Counted from the first letter of the stretch, positions 40,254 to 52,008 are shown. The stretch: 64,000 nt of DNA from Candidatus Moraniibacteriota bacterium (GCA_027031495.1 JALVQA010000014.1:849-64848), one strand, 5' to 3'. Numbers and translations are program-made. Notes: generated from the sequence alone by a model not told the origin.

Positions 40254-40976
40254 CTATACATCACTCTCGGGTGTCATTTTCTGATAGACTGCGCGGTGTG
40301 CAGCTGCCACTTTGCTTGTTGCTTCTCCGGAGCCTATATTAATATTCTTGAATTCTTCATCACTAAGAATGCGTAGGCTCCCCACATCGTCAGGACGCTC
40401 CACAGTAACTATCGCACCGACCATGCGCACTTTTTCCGGCCCGTGATCAGTATCGCCGAGATCCTCTGTTGCAACATTTTCCAGAGCCTCAACACCGGTT
40501 ATCGCGCACCCACTCAACGCCCTTGCCTTAAATGGCAGTGAAGAAAGGTTTGCGCCAACGGCACCAAATGTATCTATGCGTGCAGCATTCTTGACACGCT
40601 CATCCACACCGTCCGGCACATTACGTCGAGCAAATGCCCACTGCGTATTACCTGCCTCATCAGCAAAGCGGATTGCTATGTGCGTAGAATAGCGCACTGC
40701 ACCATCTTCTGAGACAATAATTGGGTTGCCAAATTCATCTTCCTTTAGTTGGAAACCGGGCGTATTTTGTACAAACTCCCTAGAAAAATACTCTTTCAAT
40801 ACATCTGGAAGATCTGCAATTTCTGTGCCATTTGCTAGAGCGTTGCGCAGACCATTTTCCAATGCACTCTGCATGAATACATCTTGCTCTGTAAGATTTT
40901 CCACATGTTGCTCACGTACCTCCGGCTTCTGTAGCACTTCTTTCTTCTCATTTGAATTGATTGGTGTCTCAAACAT
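40254..40976 (-). CDS. Hypothetical protein, paralog 1 of the GNPII family
   Basis: DEFGNPII..RYSTHIAI..IDTFGAVGANLSSLPFK shared with ORFs 41242 and 47618. Confidence 0.8.
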   Translation of the reverse strand: MFETPINSNEKKEVLQKPEVREQHVENLTEQDVFMQSALENGLRNALANGTEIADLPDVLKEYFSREFVQNTPGFQLKEDEFGNPIIVSEDGAVRYSTHIAIRFADEAGNTQWAFARRNVPDGVDERVKNAARIDTFGAVGANLSSLPFKARALSGCAITGVEALENVATEDLGDTDHGPEKVRMVGAIVTVERPDDVGSLRILSDEEFKNINIGSGEATSKVAAAHRAVYQKMTPESDV

Positions 40977-41139
40977 AGTTTTAAAAAATAATAAAGATAT
41001 TACAATATTTTGCTTTCATGAATGGCAGCGCAATCGTACCGTATTTCACACACTCTATTATACACCGTTTGGTGGATTTTGTCGCGCAAAAGTATGATAG
41101 TATCATACAAATACTTGCAAGACCCTTCACTATTGTAAT

Positions 41140-41175
41140 AAGAAAACGCCGAGTTCCTGTTTCAGAAACCCGGCG
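41140..41175 (-). terminator. Intrinsic terminator after paralog 2
   Basis: Minus strand CGCCGGGTTTCTG-AAA-CAGGAACTCGGCG then TTTTCTT. Confidence 0.75.
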
Positions 41176-41241
41176 ATAGTTTGTTCAGCGCCAAAATTTT
41201 GGCGCTCGCTCACCCCGGCGTCCGTGCCGGGATAAGCCGTT

Positions 41242-41820
41242 TTATGCCCGCCGCCAGAGTCCTTTCACGGCGGCCTCGGCCTTGGCGGTCAGCTCATACC
41301 CCTCCGGCGGGGCGTCGAAAACTTCCCACCGCGGGTCGACTTCAAAAGCCGACAGACTGCCGCCATCCGGGACGACGAGCGCCCCAGCCATTTGGACGGT
41401 AGATCCGTCGTCCAGTTCCTCAATCGCTATGCGGTCAAGGAGCCGGAATACCTGCACCCGCTGCCCTAAGGCACCTTTCGGCACCTTGAACGGGGTGGAC
41501 GAGATGTTCGCCCCGACCGACCCCAGGGCATCCAGCCCCGGGTTTTTAATGACCTGCTCCACCGACTCGCGGTGAAGGAGCGCCAGCCGCGTGCCATCGG
41601 TGAAGGCCACAAATGTCGACAGGCGGACGTCACCTGTCGCATTTGTGATCACGGGGTTACCGTGATCATCTTTCTCGTTCGCCAAGGGCCGCATGACCCT
41701 GGCGAGCGCAGACGGGATATGCTCGATTGTCCCGGCACGCTCAACGCCTTCCTGGAGTGCCCGACCGAGCCACTCCAAGTTTTTGTTCATCGGGACGGAA
41801 TACTGTTTTTTTACTTTCAT
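41242..41820 (-). CDS. Hypothetical protein, paralog 2 of the GNPII family (GC-rich)
   Basis: DDHGNPVI..RLSTFVAF..LDALGSVGANISSTPFKV; GAGGAGGT SD; TTGACA-17-CATATT at 41959..41931. Confidence 0.8.
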   Translation of the reverse strand: MKVKKQYSVPMNKNLEWLGRALQEGVERAGTIEHIPSALARVMRPLANEKDDHGNPVITNATGDVRLSTFVAFTDGTRLALLHRESVEQVIKNPGLDALGSVGANISSTPFKVPKGALGQRVQVFRLLDRIAIEELDDGSTVQMAGALVVPDGGSLSAFEVDPRWEVFDAPPEGYELTAKAEAAVKGLWRRA

Positions 41821-42067
41821 CGCGATACCTCCTCAGGGTTTGCGATTTTTAAAAAAAGGCATCCTGCCCATGGTGCGCATTACCCATGTAACGCGCACCA
41901 TCCCTGTGACGCACCCGCGTCACTGTGTGCAATATGACACAGCATAAATATATTGTCAACCAAAAGTATGATAATGTATGAAATATAAAAACCATCTAAA
42001 AATATATACCATAAAAAACAACAGGCACTCTCCTTGAGTGCCTGTGCCTCACAACGCTCTCTTTTCG

Positions 42068-43195
42068 CTATTGATCTGTACGTGGCTGACGCAGAACAAT
42101 AATCAACATGCCAAGAAGTGCCAGCGCTGTCACGGCAAGCGCGCCCCATACAAGCCACGGATGGCGTTCTGTAATACGATTCTCTGTTGTATCACACGCA
42201 TCACCAATACCGTCACGATCCGTGTCACGCTGTAGTGCATTTGGTATTGTCGGACAATTATCCATTGCATTAACAATACTATCACCATCCGTGTCCTCAC
42301 ATGCGTCACCTTTGCCATTACCATCACTATCTTGCTGATCACGATTTTTTATATGCGGGCAATTGTCATCCTTATCCGGCACACCGTCACCATCCACATC
42401 ACGTGGCACAAAAAGCGGATTTTCCACGAGTGCGTCAATGCGCCCAATTTGTTGTTTAGCCGGTGGAATAGAACCACGTTCCATCGGCGATATACCAACT
42501 CTATCCTTTGATGCATAGAGAGTATAATGATGGTCTGGTTGCGCAATAAATGTAAGGAAGCGCTGTTGTTGCCCTGTCGCTTCTGCTATGACTTCCGCTA
42601 TGACCAGTGGTTGGTAGTGCTCAAGCGTTACACGCACTTCTTTTGTTGATACAAGAGGAAAAGTTATATACGCACCTCTCATTTGCGTCCGCGCAATAAG
42701 TACATTTCCCTGCGCGTCATGTACGGTTACGTAGTCAGGCAGCGCACTGTGCGGCGGCATTTCCAGTTGAATTCCTGACACCTCTTTCGGTGCATCAAAA
42801 CGTACAACCAACGTTGTCGTTGAGAGTGTCACTCCATCTGTACCAAAAGTAACAGTCGTTTCCACACTGCCATCACTTAATGCCTCACGACGCATGCCGT
42901 CAGCATCAACATCCCACGATGGCGTTTCTGCATAAAAATCCCACCACGAAGGTATGCGCTTATGTATAGTATCGTCATAAACAATGGCATCAACAAACAC
43001 ACGTGGCACATCTTCTATGCGCACAGCAGTTGGCATACGTAAATGTGGCATACTGATTGGCGTCATAAATGCGAAGCGCGTACGCACGTCGTGTTCTTGC
43101 TGATCTTTTTTAGCAGCATACACAGCATGCACGCCTAACACACTGCACACGCTCACAATTGCAATAGTTGTCAATGAAAATATTGTCTTCATCAT
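42068..43195 (-). CDS. Surface protein with thrombospondin type-3 repeats and C-terminal TM anchor
   Basis: Signal peptide; [27 protein letters not shown] repeats; TM plus basic tail. Confidence 0.9.
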   Translation of the reverse strand: MMKTIFSLTTIAIVSVCSVLGVHAVYAAKKDQQEHDVRTRFAFMTPISMPHLRMPTAVRIEDVPRVFVDAIVYDDTIHKRIPSWWDFYAETPSWDVDADGMRREALSDGSVETTVTFGTDGVTLSTTTLVVRFDAPKEVSGIQLEMPPHSALPDYVTVHDAQGNVLIARTQMRGAYITFPLVSTKEVRVTLEHYQPLVIAEVIAEATGQQQRFLTFIAQPDHHYTLYASKDRVGISPMERGSIPPAKQQIGRIDALVENPLFVPRDVDGDGVPDKDDNCPHIKNRDQQDSDGNGKGDACEDTDGDSIVNAMDNCPTIPNALQRDTDRDGIGDACDTTENRITERHPWLVWGALAVTALALLGMLIIVLRQPRTDQ

Positions 43196-43209
43196 AGTGG
43201 TTTTAGTAT

Positions 43210-45093
43210 TTATTTAGAAAGTGTATTTTGATCTTCGTGATGCGCTGTACGCCATGCCGTCGCAATCAGTGCACCACCAACTATTGCAAATGTAATAACG
43301 CGACCGCCAATATTCATCATCCATACATCAATGAGAATGATACGCACAGCAACCGCCACCAGGATAACGGCGCCCAATTTGTACATAACAGTACTTGCAC
43401 GCACAAAGTAGAAGAGTACGCCGACAAGTGAGTAAAGAATGAGCGCTATAGCTGTTGCGACAGTCGTTGTAAACGACGCATGTAATACTAACCATACAAC
43501 AAAGAAAACTACAGCGAGTGCGGTAATTGCCAATACGGAAACAGCGGTACGTGCCGGTCGCTGCGTACCATAGAAGAAATACAGCAGCGTCGCCGTAAAC
43601 ACAAGACCGCACGCAAAAAAGAGCATCGCTATTGTTTCCGGCAGCGCAAGAACGTCGAGTAATGATGGATATGTCACCGTACTAAATGTACTGTAAAAAT
43701 CACTGGAAACATGCGAGCGTTCCAGCGCGAAGACTGCATATGAAAACTTGCTAACAAGGTGAGGGAAAAAGAATGCTGGCAAAGCGTATACGATTGTTGT
43801 GTGCGCTGTTATGCGCTGTTGACGTAACACGAGCGCAACAACAAGCACCGCGATGAAGGCTTCTATTGTCAACATTGGCACGAGCAGTGCAATTTTTTCA
43901 AAAACACGCACAATCGCCACGCCAAGTATGCCGGCAGCGGGTACAACATACGCAAAGAACGCAATAGCATCACGTACACGTGCAAATACACCAAAACCAA
44001 CTACACCAAAGAGCAGTGCCGCAAACGCAAGAGAAATACCCTCCCACTCATGCAGCCGCGCAAGAATAATCCATAAAACAGTGTATATGCCGCTAAGTAC
44101 CATCAATACCGCTATAGCACGCCGCATCTTTGTGTCTATGTGTCCGCGAATAAAAAGCCCCGCAACGGCAGCGCCGAACATTACAGCACCAAGAAGGGCA
44201 AAGAGCATTTGTTTAGTGGCAAAGTCGTCAAGAAAAGTAGGTGCCGCAGAAATACTGTATATCATGAGAAAGGTAGCACTAATGAAAGATGGCACACTCC
44301 ATCGTTGCTGAATGAGAAGCCAACATGCACTCGCAGTAATTGCTAAAAGGTATGCAAATAAACTGTAAAAATGCGACACTGGTGACGCTGTAAGATATGG
44401 CGCCACAAAAGCACATAATGCCATCGTTGTTGCCAGGGCCTGGAAACGCCATCGTACACTCGCGACCACACCAACAATGAGTGGAAGAACCATCATTACA
44501 AGTGCGCTTTCTGGTGTAAAGAAATCATATACATGACGCGCAATGCCGATAACAGCAATTATGCCAACAGCGCCGCCGGCAAAGAGCGCCGCGCCACGCA
44601 CAGGACTCCTGCGCACCATATCCTGCAGGCCAAAAAACATAATCGCCGTTGCAATGACAAGACCTAGCGCTATGCGACCGACAGGACCAATCCATCCTTG
44701 CGCAAAAGAGTACTGTGCAAACCAGATCAACGCCAACAATACAAAGAGGATACCAATTTTCATCAATGGATTCTGCACAGCCCATGCACCAAAACGTGAA
44801 AAAATGTTGCCTACCTTTGAAGCCTGCACAGCTTTATCAAGAAAAGTATCATCGTGTTGTTGCAATGATGTTGCCGAACTTTGTTTATCCGCCTCGCTCG
44901 ATGACACCATAGCAGTATCGTGTGCGCCATCATAAGGCACTGCCTCTTTATTTTCCTCGCGTGCTGTCGTGGCAACATGCGCTATAGCAGTAGCACGTTC
45001 TATTTTTTCTATTCGCTCTTCTATGCGTTTCATGCGTACACTGATATGACGGACAAAAAAGAATAATAAAAGTATTAAAATTAAAGAAAACAT
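43210..45093 (-). CDS. DUF2339-like polytopic membrane protein
   Basis: [33 protein letters not shown] signature; many TM helices; RVITFAIVG near the C-terminus. Confidence 0.8.
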   Translation of the reverse strand: MFSLILILLLFFFVRHISVRMKRIEERIEKIERATAIAHVATTAREENKEAVPYDGAHDTAMVSSSEADKQSSATSLQQHDDTFLDKAVQASKVGNIFSRFGAWAVQNPLMKIGILFVLLALIWFAQYSFAQGWIGPVGRIALGLVIATAIMFFGLQDMVRRSPVRGAALFAGGAVGIIAVIGIARHVYDFFTPESALVMMVLPLIVGVVASVRWRFQALATTMALCAFVAPYLTASPVSHFYSLFAYLLAITASACWLLIQQRWSVPSFISATFLMIYSISAAPTFLDDFATKQMLFALLGAVMFGAAVAGLFIRGHIDTKMRRAIAVLMVLSGIYTVLWIILARLHEWEGISLAFAALLFGVVGFGVFARVRDAIAFFAYVVPAAGILGVAIVRVFEKIALLVPMLTIEAFIAVLVVALVLRQQRITAHTTIVYALPAFFFPHLVSKFSYAVFALERSHVSSDFYSTFSTVTYPSLLDVLALPETIAMLFFACGLVFTATLLYFFYGTQRPARTAVSVLAITALAVVFFVVWLVLHASFTTTVATAIALILYSLVGVLFYFVRASTVMYKLGAVILVAVAVRIILIDVWMMNIGGRVITFAIVGGALIATAWRTAHHEDQNTLSK

Positions 45094-45193
45094 ATTGTCT
45101 TTTCTCTATAAGTTATATGGTTATTATATCATGTATAAAAAAATGTATACAAAAACTGGCCCACACGGAGACCGGCTATATAATTCAATCATA

Positions 45194-45715
45194 TCACTGC
45201 ATAGAACGTGCGGCTGCCATTACTTTTGTTGTCGCATTCTTGTAATTAACATCCGCACGATGGACCCATTCGTATCTAATTATTGTACTTCTGAGATTGT
45301 ATGGAACCGTGTTGTTCCTATTCAAAACTTCTCGCCCACTGTCGTCAATGCGAAAAAGTGCGACGACGATCATCATGAACACATTGTGCACATAACGACA
45401 CTCATGCGCGAGGGTTACATCCTCAACATACCCCGTTACAGAGCGTTCATTGACGTGCCACATCCCTTGTGCAACAAATACTTGCGAACTCTTCGGCGTA
45501 TCCCATCGCCATCTTATATTGCGCCCCTTTTGCGACGTCACGATCTTACGGCAAAGATACATATTATCCTTATGATCAGCAATCACAACCGCGGTCACTA
45601 CATGAACAGGTAGCCCCGATATACATGGCAGAATCAGTCCTCTTATTTCTTCTTCATTTTTTCTGAAAAAGATGTTAAGATCAGCAAGACTCTTTATAGA
45701 CTTATATTCATTCAC
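45194..45715 (-). CDS. Orphan hypothetical protein
   Basis: GTG start after AAAAGGAG; TTGACA-17-TATAAA at 45809..45781. Confidence 0.65.
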   Translation of the reverse strand: MNEYKSIKSLADLNIFFRKNEEEIRGLILPCISGLPVHVVTAVVIADHKDNMYLCRKIVTSQKGRNIRWRWDTPKSSQVFVAQGMWHVNERSVTGYVEDVTLAHECRYVHNVFMMIVVALFRIDDSGREVLNRNNTVPYNLRSTIIRYEWVHRADVNYKNATTKVMAAARSMQ

Positions 45716-46201
45716 TGCAATCTCCTTTTTTAAAGCAACAAAAAAACATCAAGCACGTACGTTACGCGCCACGTAATCTATTTATATAAATATTTCAGAA
45801 GGATGTCAATGCATTAGCATTGCCATGTGCAATAATTAGATAACCAGCCCACGAAATCTACGACGTTCACAACACTTACTCTTTGCGAAAACTTCTAATA
45901 TAAAACTGCGCCGTTTGTGAGATCTAAATACCAGCACACAGCAATACACATTATATAATATTTACCTACACACACTGCCAACTCTAAACTTTCTACATTA
46001 ACCAATAAATCACAAGCAAAAACCTACTCCATAGAGTGAGTACACTTTTCAAAAACATTGATATACTCATAGCCATACTTATAAAATTTCTCCTCTATGG
46101 AAAATCCATGCCACGCACTGCAATTCCCTCGCGATATCTCTGTATTACTATTCATAACAATAGCATAACCCGTATACTTTAATGCCAATAGTATATAGCA
46201 C

Positions 46202-47488
46202 TTATGCCGCACTTTCTGCAAGCAACTCGTACATTTTCTTTTTATAAACATCAACACCCGGCTGATCAAAAGGGTTAACACCAAGCATATAACCACTTAT
46301 CGCACATGCGTACTCAAAAAAGTAGAAAGCCGCACCGAGATTGTAGGCATCGATTTTTTTCATCTTTACGCGCATCACCGGTACGCCGCCCTCGCGGTGC
46401 GCTGCAATTGTTGCGTTCTCTGCAATCTTGTTGATTGCGCCCATCGCCATGCCATACTGTGCATCCAATCCATCCAGCGCATTATCACTTTGTGGTACAA
46501 CAACAGCATTATCTTGTGCTGCGACAGAGAGTACTGTCTCGCACATGATGCGTGCACCTTGCTGCATATACTGACCGAGCGAATGTAGATCTGTTGTAAA
46601 CATCATTGACGTTGGTAAAAGCCCTTTATGTTCTTTGCCTTCTGACTCACCAAAAAGTTGTTTCCACCACTCCGCAACATATGCAAGTTTCGGCTCATAT
46701 GTTGCGAGAACATCAACCTTTATGCCAGTGCGATACAATAATGTACGCGCCGCAGCATACTGCATGCACTCGTTTTGCACAAAACGATCACCTTCGCACA
46801 TACTCCTTTGCGTCGCAGCCCCATCCATCATTGCATCAATATCACCGCCAGCCACAGCAATTGGCAACAAGCCAACCGGCGTCAGAACACTATAGCGTCC
46901 ACCAACATCATCCGGCACAACAAATAGACGGTATCCTTTATCACGCGCATAGTCATGGAGAGCACCGCTGCGTGCGTCTGTTGTTGCGATAACACGCTCT
47001 TTCATCTCTTCAGCGCTGTAGCGCTTCGAAAGCCACGCATGCAAAACGCGAAAAGCCAATGCCGGCTCAAGTGTCGTGCCGGATTTCGAGATAACATTAA
47101 TATAAACACTTTTACCTTCCAATACATCCATTAGCTCCGCTAACTCCGTTGCGCTAATGTTTTTGCCGGCAAAGTAAATCGCTGGCACATCGGCACCTGC
47201 ACGTTCGTTATGGTAGCTGTGTGTCAGTGCTGTAATGGCGGCACGTGCACCAAGATACGACCCACCAATACCAATGACGACAAACGCATCAGCTTTTGCG
47301 CGTATTTCCTCTGCAATCGCGCCAATGCGCACGTATTCATCACTTTTTTTATATGTTACTGGTAGATCGCGCCATCCACGCATCGCACTACCAGGACCCG
47401 TTCCCTCTCTTACAGTACGTGCCGCATCCTCCGCTTCACGTGCAAGCGATGTAATATCATAGCGTGCATCATTTTCAAAAGTAATCAT
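46202..47488 (-). CDS. pgi: Glucose-6-phosphate isomerase
   Basis: GIGGSYLG, SKSGTTLE, VGGRYSV, QLFGESEGK, DLHSLGQ, PFDQPGV. Confidence 0.98.
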   Translation of the reverse strand: MITFENDARYDITSLAREAEDAARTVREGTGPGSAMRGWRDLPVTYKKSDEYVRIGAIAEEIRAKADAFVVIGIGGSYLGARAAITALTHSYHNERAGADVPAIYFAGKNISATELAELMDVLEGKSVYINVISKSGTTLEPALAFRVLHAWLSKRYSAEEMKERVIATTDARSGALHDYARDKGYRLFVVPDDVGGRYSVLTPVGLLPIAVAGGDIDAMMDGAATQRSMCEGDRFVQNECMQYAAARTLLYRTGIKVDVLATYEPKLAYVAEWWKQLFGESEGKEHKGLLPTSMMFTTDLHSLGQYMQQGARIMCETVLSVAAQDNAVVVPQSDNALDGLDAQYGMAMGAINKIAENATIAAHREGGVPVMRVKMKKIDAYNLGAAFYFFEYACAISGYMLGVNPFDQPGVDVYKKKMYELLAESAA

Positions 47489-47540
47489 TGTATCTTTGTT
47501 ATATTCTTACCGTACCTTTTCATGATACACGCACCCACAG

Positions 47541-47580
47541 AAAAAGAAAAACCGGATCTCCTATTTATCGGAGATCCGGC
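47541..47580 (-). terminator. Intrinsic terminator after paralog 3
   Basis: CCGGATCTCC/GGAGATCCGG stem with a U tail on the minus strand. Confidence 0.8.
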
Positions 47581-47617
47581 AGAGCGCTTGCTAGCGCGCC
47601 TTGTAATAGTACACTTT

Positions 47618-48211
47618 TTAAAGCGCTTTCACCGCCACCTGCGCCTTAACAGTAAGCGCGACACCCGCCAGCGACGCCCTGTCAAAAATCCGCCACCGCT
47701 TATCGCAACGCAGTGGTATCAAACTTTCCACGCCACAAAGCACACCGTGAAAGCGCACTTGCACACAATCGTCCCCGTCACCGACACGATCTTGCACAAC
47801 TACTTCGTGCACAGGATGCACGAAAATGATATTTTCCCCGAGAAAATCCTGTGGTACTACTTTCGGAAGTACGGGACAGTTTGCAAAAGCAGAGCCAAGT
47901 GTATCATGTTTTACAACAACACCACCCTTGCCTGCAAAAAATGTTCTTAGCAACGCTATCCTGCTAAGAGTGTCAACAAACGCGATATGCGTAAACATGC
48001 ACTCATCACCATGTACATTTGTAATGATCGGATTGCCATGCCCATCAGTTTCATCATACCCTATCGCTTGTGCGCGCTCCGCTATAGCTTCTGGAATATC
48101 TCCAATCGTAGAAGCATTTAGTATACCGGTCACTAGCACGTTTTTCATCGCTTGCGCCTGTGCTGCTAGATGCATAGCATGCACAACATATTCTTTGGTT
48201 TTTGATGTCAT
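47618..48211 (-). CDS. Hypothetical protein, paralog 3 of the GNPII family
   Basis: DGHGNPII..MFTHIAF..HDTLGSAFAN..LPKV; ATG 48211 after GAGGTG; TTGACG-17-TATAAA at 48343..48315. Confidence 0.8.
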   Translation of the reverse strand: MTSKTKEYVVHAMHLAAQAQAMKNVLVTGILNASTIGDIPEAIAERAQAIGYDETDGHGNPIITNVHGDECMFTHIAFVDTLSRIALLRTFFAGKGGVVVKHDTLGSAFANCPVLPKVVPQDFLGENIIFVHPVHEVVVQDRVGDGDDCVQVRFHGVLCGVESLIPLRCDKRWRIFDRASLAGVALTVKAQVAVKAL

Positions 48212-48379
48212 TTGACCTACACCTCTTCTTTTAAAGAAACAAAACATCGCTCAGCACATAATACATACCAAGCACCTACAGAACAGATACAATGCATCAG
48301 CACTGTATACACCGTTTATATACAAATTCACACCACTCGTCAATGTCCGCAAATAGCAGAATGCTTCCCAGTCAATATA

Positions 48380-49363
48380 CTACACATGCCCCAAGCCGCA
48401 CAGCGCTCTTACCGCACGCATTTTTTCATTAGCATATGCACGCGCGCGTGCTGCGCCACGTGTCAATATATCATGCACTTCTTCGTCGCTTATCGCACTG
48501 AAGCGTTCCTGTATCGGCACAATGTGATCAATAAGCGCTTCCGCAAGATCCCTTTTAAATTCACCATAACTACTCTGTGCATATCGCGCCTCCAACTCAG
48601 CAAATGATGTACCGGTCGCAAGATGATAAAGCGTAAGCAGATTTTTTAACGCTGGCTTATCATCGCTGTAGACAATCTCGCTCCCGCTATCAGTAACCGC
48701 TTTCTTGATTTTTTTGCGAATGGTTTCTGCATTGTCTGTCAACGCGATATAGTTGTACACACTTACGGCGCTCTTTGACATTTTTTTGTGAGGATTATCA
48801 AGGCCCATGATGCGCGCACCATGTGAAAGAAGTGTGCGCGGCACAATGAATGTCTCGCCAAAGCGTTTGTTGTAGCGTCGTGCAAGCGTACGCGTAAGCT
48901 CAACATGCTGCACTTGATCATCGCCAACTGGCACAATGTGCGTATCATAAAGCAAAATATCCGCCGCCATCAGCACAGGATAATCAAAAAGTGCAACACT
49001 TGCACGCTCACGCCCATCGCCGCTTTTATCTTTAAACTGCGTCATCTTCTCCATATCACCCATGCGTGCAATCGTGTTAAGAATCCACGCCAATTCACTG
49101 TGCGCCGGAATGTCTGATTGGACAAAAATGGTAGACTTTTGCGGATCAATACCGGCTGCAATGTACCATTTTGCCATATTGATAATATTCTGACGCAACG
49201 CAGATGGTTTTTGCGGCACGGTAATTGCGTGCAAGTCAACAATACAATACAACGCATCATAATCATCTTGTAATGCGATCCACTGCTTTATTGCGCCAAA
49301 ATAATTGCCAATATGTACGGTCCCTGTCGGCTGTATGCCACTGAACACTCTTTTGCGTTCCAT
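48380..49363 (-). CDS. trpS: Tryptophan--tRNA ligase
   Basis: SGIQPTG.HIGN, YPVLMAADIL, VPVGDDQ, KMSKS. Confidence 0.99.
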   Translation of the reverse strand: MERKRVFSGIQPTGTVHIGNYFGAIKQWIALQDDYDALYCIVDLHAITVPQKPSALRQNIINMAKWYIAAGIDPQKSTIFVQSDIPAHSELAWILNTIARMGDMEKMTQFKDKSGDGRERASVALFDYPVLMAADILLYDTHIVPVGDDQVQHVELTRTLARRYNKRFGETFIVPRTLLSHGARIMGLDNPHKKMSKSAVSVYNYIALTDNAETIRKKIKKAVTDSGSEIVYSDDKPALKNLLTLYHLATGTSFAELEARYAQSSYGEFKRDLAEALIDHIVPIQERFSAISDEEVHDILTRGAARARAYANEKMRAVRALCGLGHV

Positions 49364-49492
49364 ACGTAGTAATTTCTTAAATTCTTTAGTTCTTTATATC
49401 TTATCATAAAGCACACTCTCTTCACCAGAAAAGCCGCATACACTAAGCATGCGGCTTCGGGTTATCCTATTGCCTTTTGCTTCACCACGAAA

Positions 49493-51586
49493 CTACACCT
49501 CTATGACAACCGGCAGGACCATTGGGCGACGCTCTGTCTTCTGGAAGAGAAACTCACCAATCTTGTCTCTGATCTCATTTTCTATGAAGCGGTGGTCAAG
49601 TTTTGTATCTTTGCTTGTTGTCTTTTTGATGATATCACGCACCTTCTTCTTTGTCTCGTTCACAAGATCAAAGTTATCTTTGACAAAAATGAAACCACGT
49701 GATGTTACCTGCATATTACCAACGATCTTCTTTGACTTGCCGTCAATAATAACCGTAATGACAAACATGCCATCACCAGCCAACGCCTTACGATCACGTA
49801 AAACAACGTGTCCAATATCACCAACACCAAGCCCGTCAATAAACACGTAGCTTGCATCGGCTCGCTCTTTGCGCACAATCGGGTGCTTTCCCTTCTTAAT
49901 ATCCAGCACTTGTCCATTATCCAACACAAAAATATTTTCCTCCGGGAAGCCAATTTCCATCGCACGCTTTTTTGCCTCTACAAGCATAAAGTGATTTGCA
50001 TAGATTGGCACGAAGTATTGCGAATCAACAATCTTAATCATCTCCTGTAAGTCTGCCGGCGTTGCATGGCCACCGATGTGAATATCCATGATATCGGAAT
50101 GGATTACGTTATCACATTTACGGTACATGTTGTCTTTAAGGCGCTGTACACTCCGTTCGTTGCCGGGAATAACAGAAGATGAGAACACAACCGTATCCGT
50201 CTTTTTAAGTTTAACAACGCGATGATTACCCGTTACAATGCGATTGAGCGCAGCATTACTCTCACCTTGCGCACCAGTGCAAATAATCAGGATGCGATTG
50301 TCAGGATATTTATCTATATCGTTAATCGGAATAATAAGATCCTTGCGGACATTGAGATAACCCAACTCCTGCGCAATCTCCATGTTTGTACGCATGCTAT
50401 AGCCGTCAAGCGCAACCTTTTTGCCAAGCTTCTGCGCATACTGCAAAATGAGTTTGATACGCGCAACCTGCGATGCAAATGTGCCAAGAATGACGCGCCC
50501 TTTCGCATTTGCAATAATTGACTCAAGATTACTCTGAATAGTTTTTTCCGACTTTGGCGCTTTATTATACGTAACACCAAGACTCTCAAGCATGAGAATA
50601 CGTGGTGCCGGCAATTTTCTTAGGTGATCATAACTAATGACCTTTCCTTCAGCTGGGTCATGATTAATCATCCAATCACCCATGTGAATCGCTGTACCGG
50701 CCGGCGTTTCAAGTGCAACACCCATGCTGTCCATAATAGAATGCTCAACCTCAAAGAAACGCGCAATCATACTTCCCAGTCGTAGTGGACGTGAGACATC
50801 TTTAATTGAAATTGCCTTAAGACGGTCAACTGCCGATGGATCATAGTCGGCAATTTTTTTCTTGATAAGCGCAAGCGTTAAGTCACGCGCAACAATCGGC
50901 GGATAACCAAGTTGCTCAAGTACGATTGGTGCTGCACCGATATGATCAAGGTGACCGTGTGTGAAGATAACTGCACGGATCTTTTTCTTCTTGTCCTTAA
51001 GATAGCTTACATTCGGCACGATGTAGTCAATACCTGGCATATCCTCTTCCGGAAACTGCATACCAATATCAATCACAACAATGTCATTGCCATATTCAAT
51101 GACGTCCATATTGCGTCCCACTTCCTCGTTGCCACCAATCGGGATAATGCGCAAAGTGTCTTTCTCAACAGGCGGCACTGTACTTTCTGGCTTTTTTTGC
51201 GATTCCGGCACATGAACAATTTCACGCATCTGGCGCCGTGATGCACGCTTTTTTGTACTTGCAGTTTTGCGCGCACTTTGCTTTTGCTGCGCTGTGCTAT
51301 GCATCATTGCTTTTTCCGATGTAGCACTCTTGCGACCCACTTTCCTTTTAGCACTTTTTGTGCGACGCTGTACCTTACGTGTATCAGCTCCGACACTCTT
51401 TCGTGCAGCGCGCCCACGCACACTACGTTGTTTTTGAGTACGTGTACTACTTTTATCTCTTTTGACGTTTTTCTGTGTACTCTCTTCACGTGCACTTTCT
51501 ATCTTTGTATCATGCCTCTTTTGTGCTTCTTCACGCTGACGCATACGACGACGTTGATTTGACGTCTGCGTAACTTGTATACTCAT
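49493..51586 (-). CDS. rnj: Ribonuclease J with long basic N-terminal extension
   Basis: IGGNEEVGRNM, THGHLDHIG, TGAQGE, VIPGNE, RRPMVLPV. Confidence 0.96.
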   Translation of the reverse strand: MSIQVTQTSNQRRRMRQREEAQKRHDTKIESAREESTQKNVKRDKSSTRTQKQRSVRGRAARKSVGADTRKVQRRTKSAKRKVGRKSATSEKAMMHSTAQQKQSARKTASTKKRASRRQMREIVHVPESQKKPESTVPPVEKDTLRIIPIGGNEEVGRNMDVIEYGNDIVVIDIGMQFPEEDMPGIDYIVPNVSYLKDKKKKIRAVIFTHGHLDHIGAAPIVLEQLGYPPIVARDLTLALIKKKIADYDPSAVDRLKAISIKDVSRPLRLGSMIARFFEVEHSIMDSMGVALETPAGTAIHMGDWMINHDPAEGKVISYDHLRKLPAPRILMLESLGVTYNKAPKSEKTIQSNLESIIANAKGRVILGTFASQVARIKLILQYAQKLGKKVALDGYSMRTNMEIAQELGYLNVRKDLIIPINDIDKYPDNRILIICTGAQGESNAALNRIVTGNHRVVKLKKTDTVVFSSSVIPGNERSVQRLKDNMYRKCDNVIHSDIMDIHIGGHATPADLQEMIKIVDSQYFVPIYANHFMLVEAKKRAMEIGFPEENIFVLDNGQVLDIKKGKHPIVRKERADASYVFIDGLGVGDIGHVVLRDRKALAGDGMFVITVIIDGKSKKIVGNMQVTSRGFIFVKDNFDLVNETKKKVRDIIKKTTSKDTKLDHRFIENEIRDKIGEFLFQKTERRPMVLPVVIEV

Positions 51587-51768
51587 AAATATTTTTTCTT
51601 ACAATAAAATTACATAAACAAGCAGATCAATATCATTGTGCAAACAGATAGTTTTTTTATCAGTTAACACTGTACAATCTGCAACAACCTTGTTTTACTT
51701 ACGTGATTTACACGTAAAACAGGATATTTTATGCGCTGTTACAGCACAAAACATCATTTCCCTAAACG

Positions 51769-51852
51769 TGCCGAAGAGAGGACTTGAACCTCCACGGGGT
51801 CACCCCCACTACGACCTGAACGTAGCGCGTCTACCAATTCCGCCACTTCGGC
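51769..51852 (-). tRNA. tRNA-Leu(CAG)
   Basis: Acceptor GCCGAAG/CTTCGGC-A, anticodon arm CTACG-TTCAGGT-CGTAG, long variable arm. Confidence 0.96.
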
Positions 51853-52008
51853 TTAGCTTTTATATTACATATTTGTACCGGCGCACACGGCAAGGTTACA
51901 CCTCTGCACGCGCGCTTTCTGCACTGCGCTATAGAAATATATTAGCAATGCATTTTAATATGCACAAGATAATGTACAATTATACATGATTGTAGTAATT
52001 TGTCAACA

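Noticed and set aside
41871-41900. GGTGCGCAT resembling the E. coli dif XerC arm
   Set aside because: No XerD arm; it is one side of a leader hairpin (TGGTGCGC/GCGCACCA).
45820-46200. Short ORF 46024..46296 and the gap below pgi
   Set aside because: Overlaps the pgi end, has no motif or SD; may be decayed DNA but cannot be supported.
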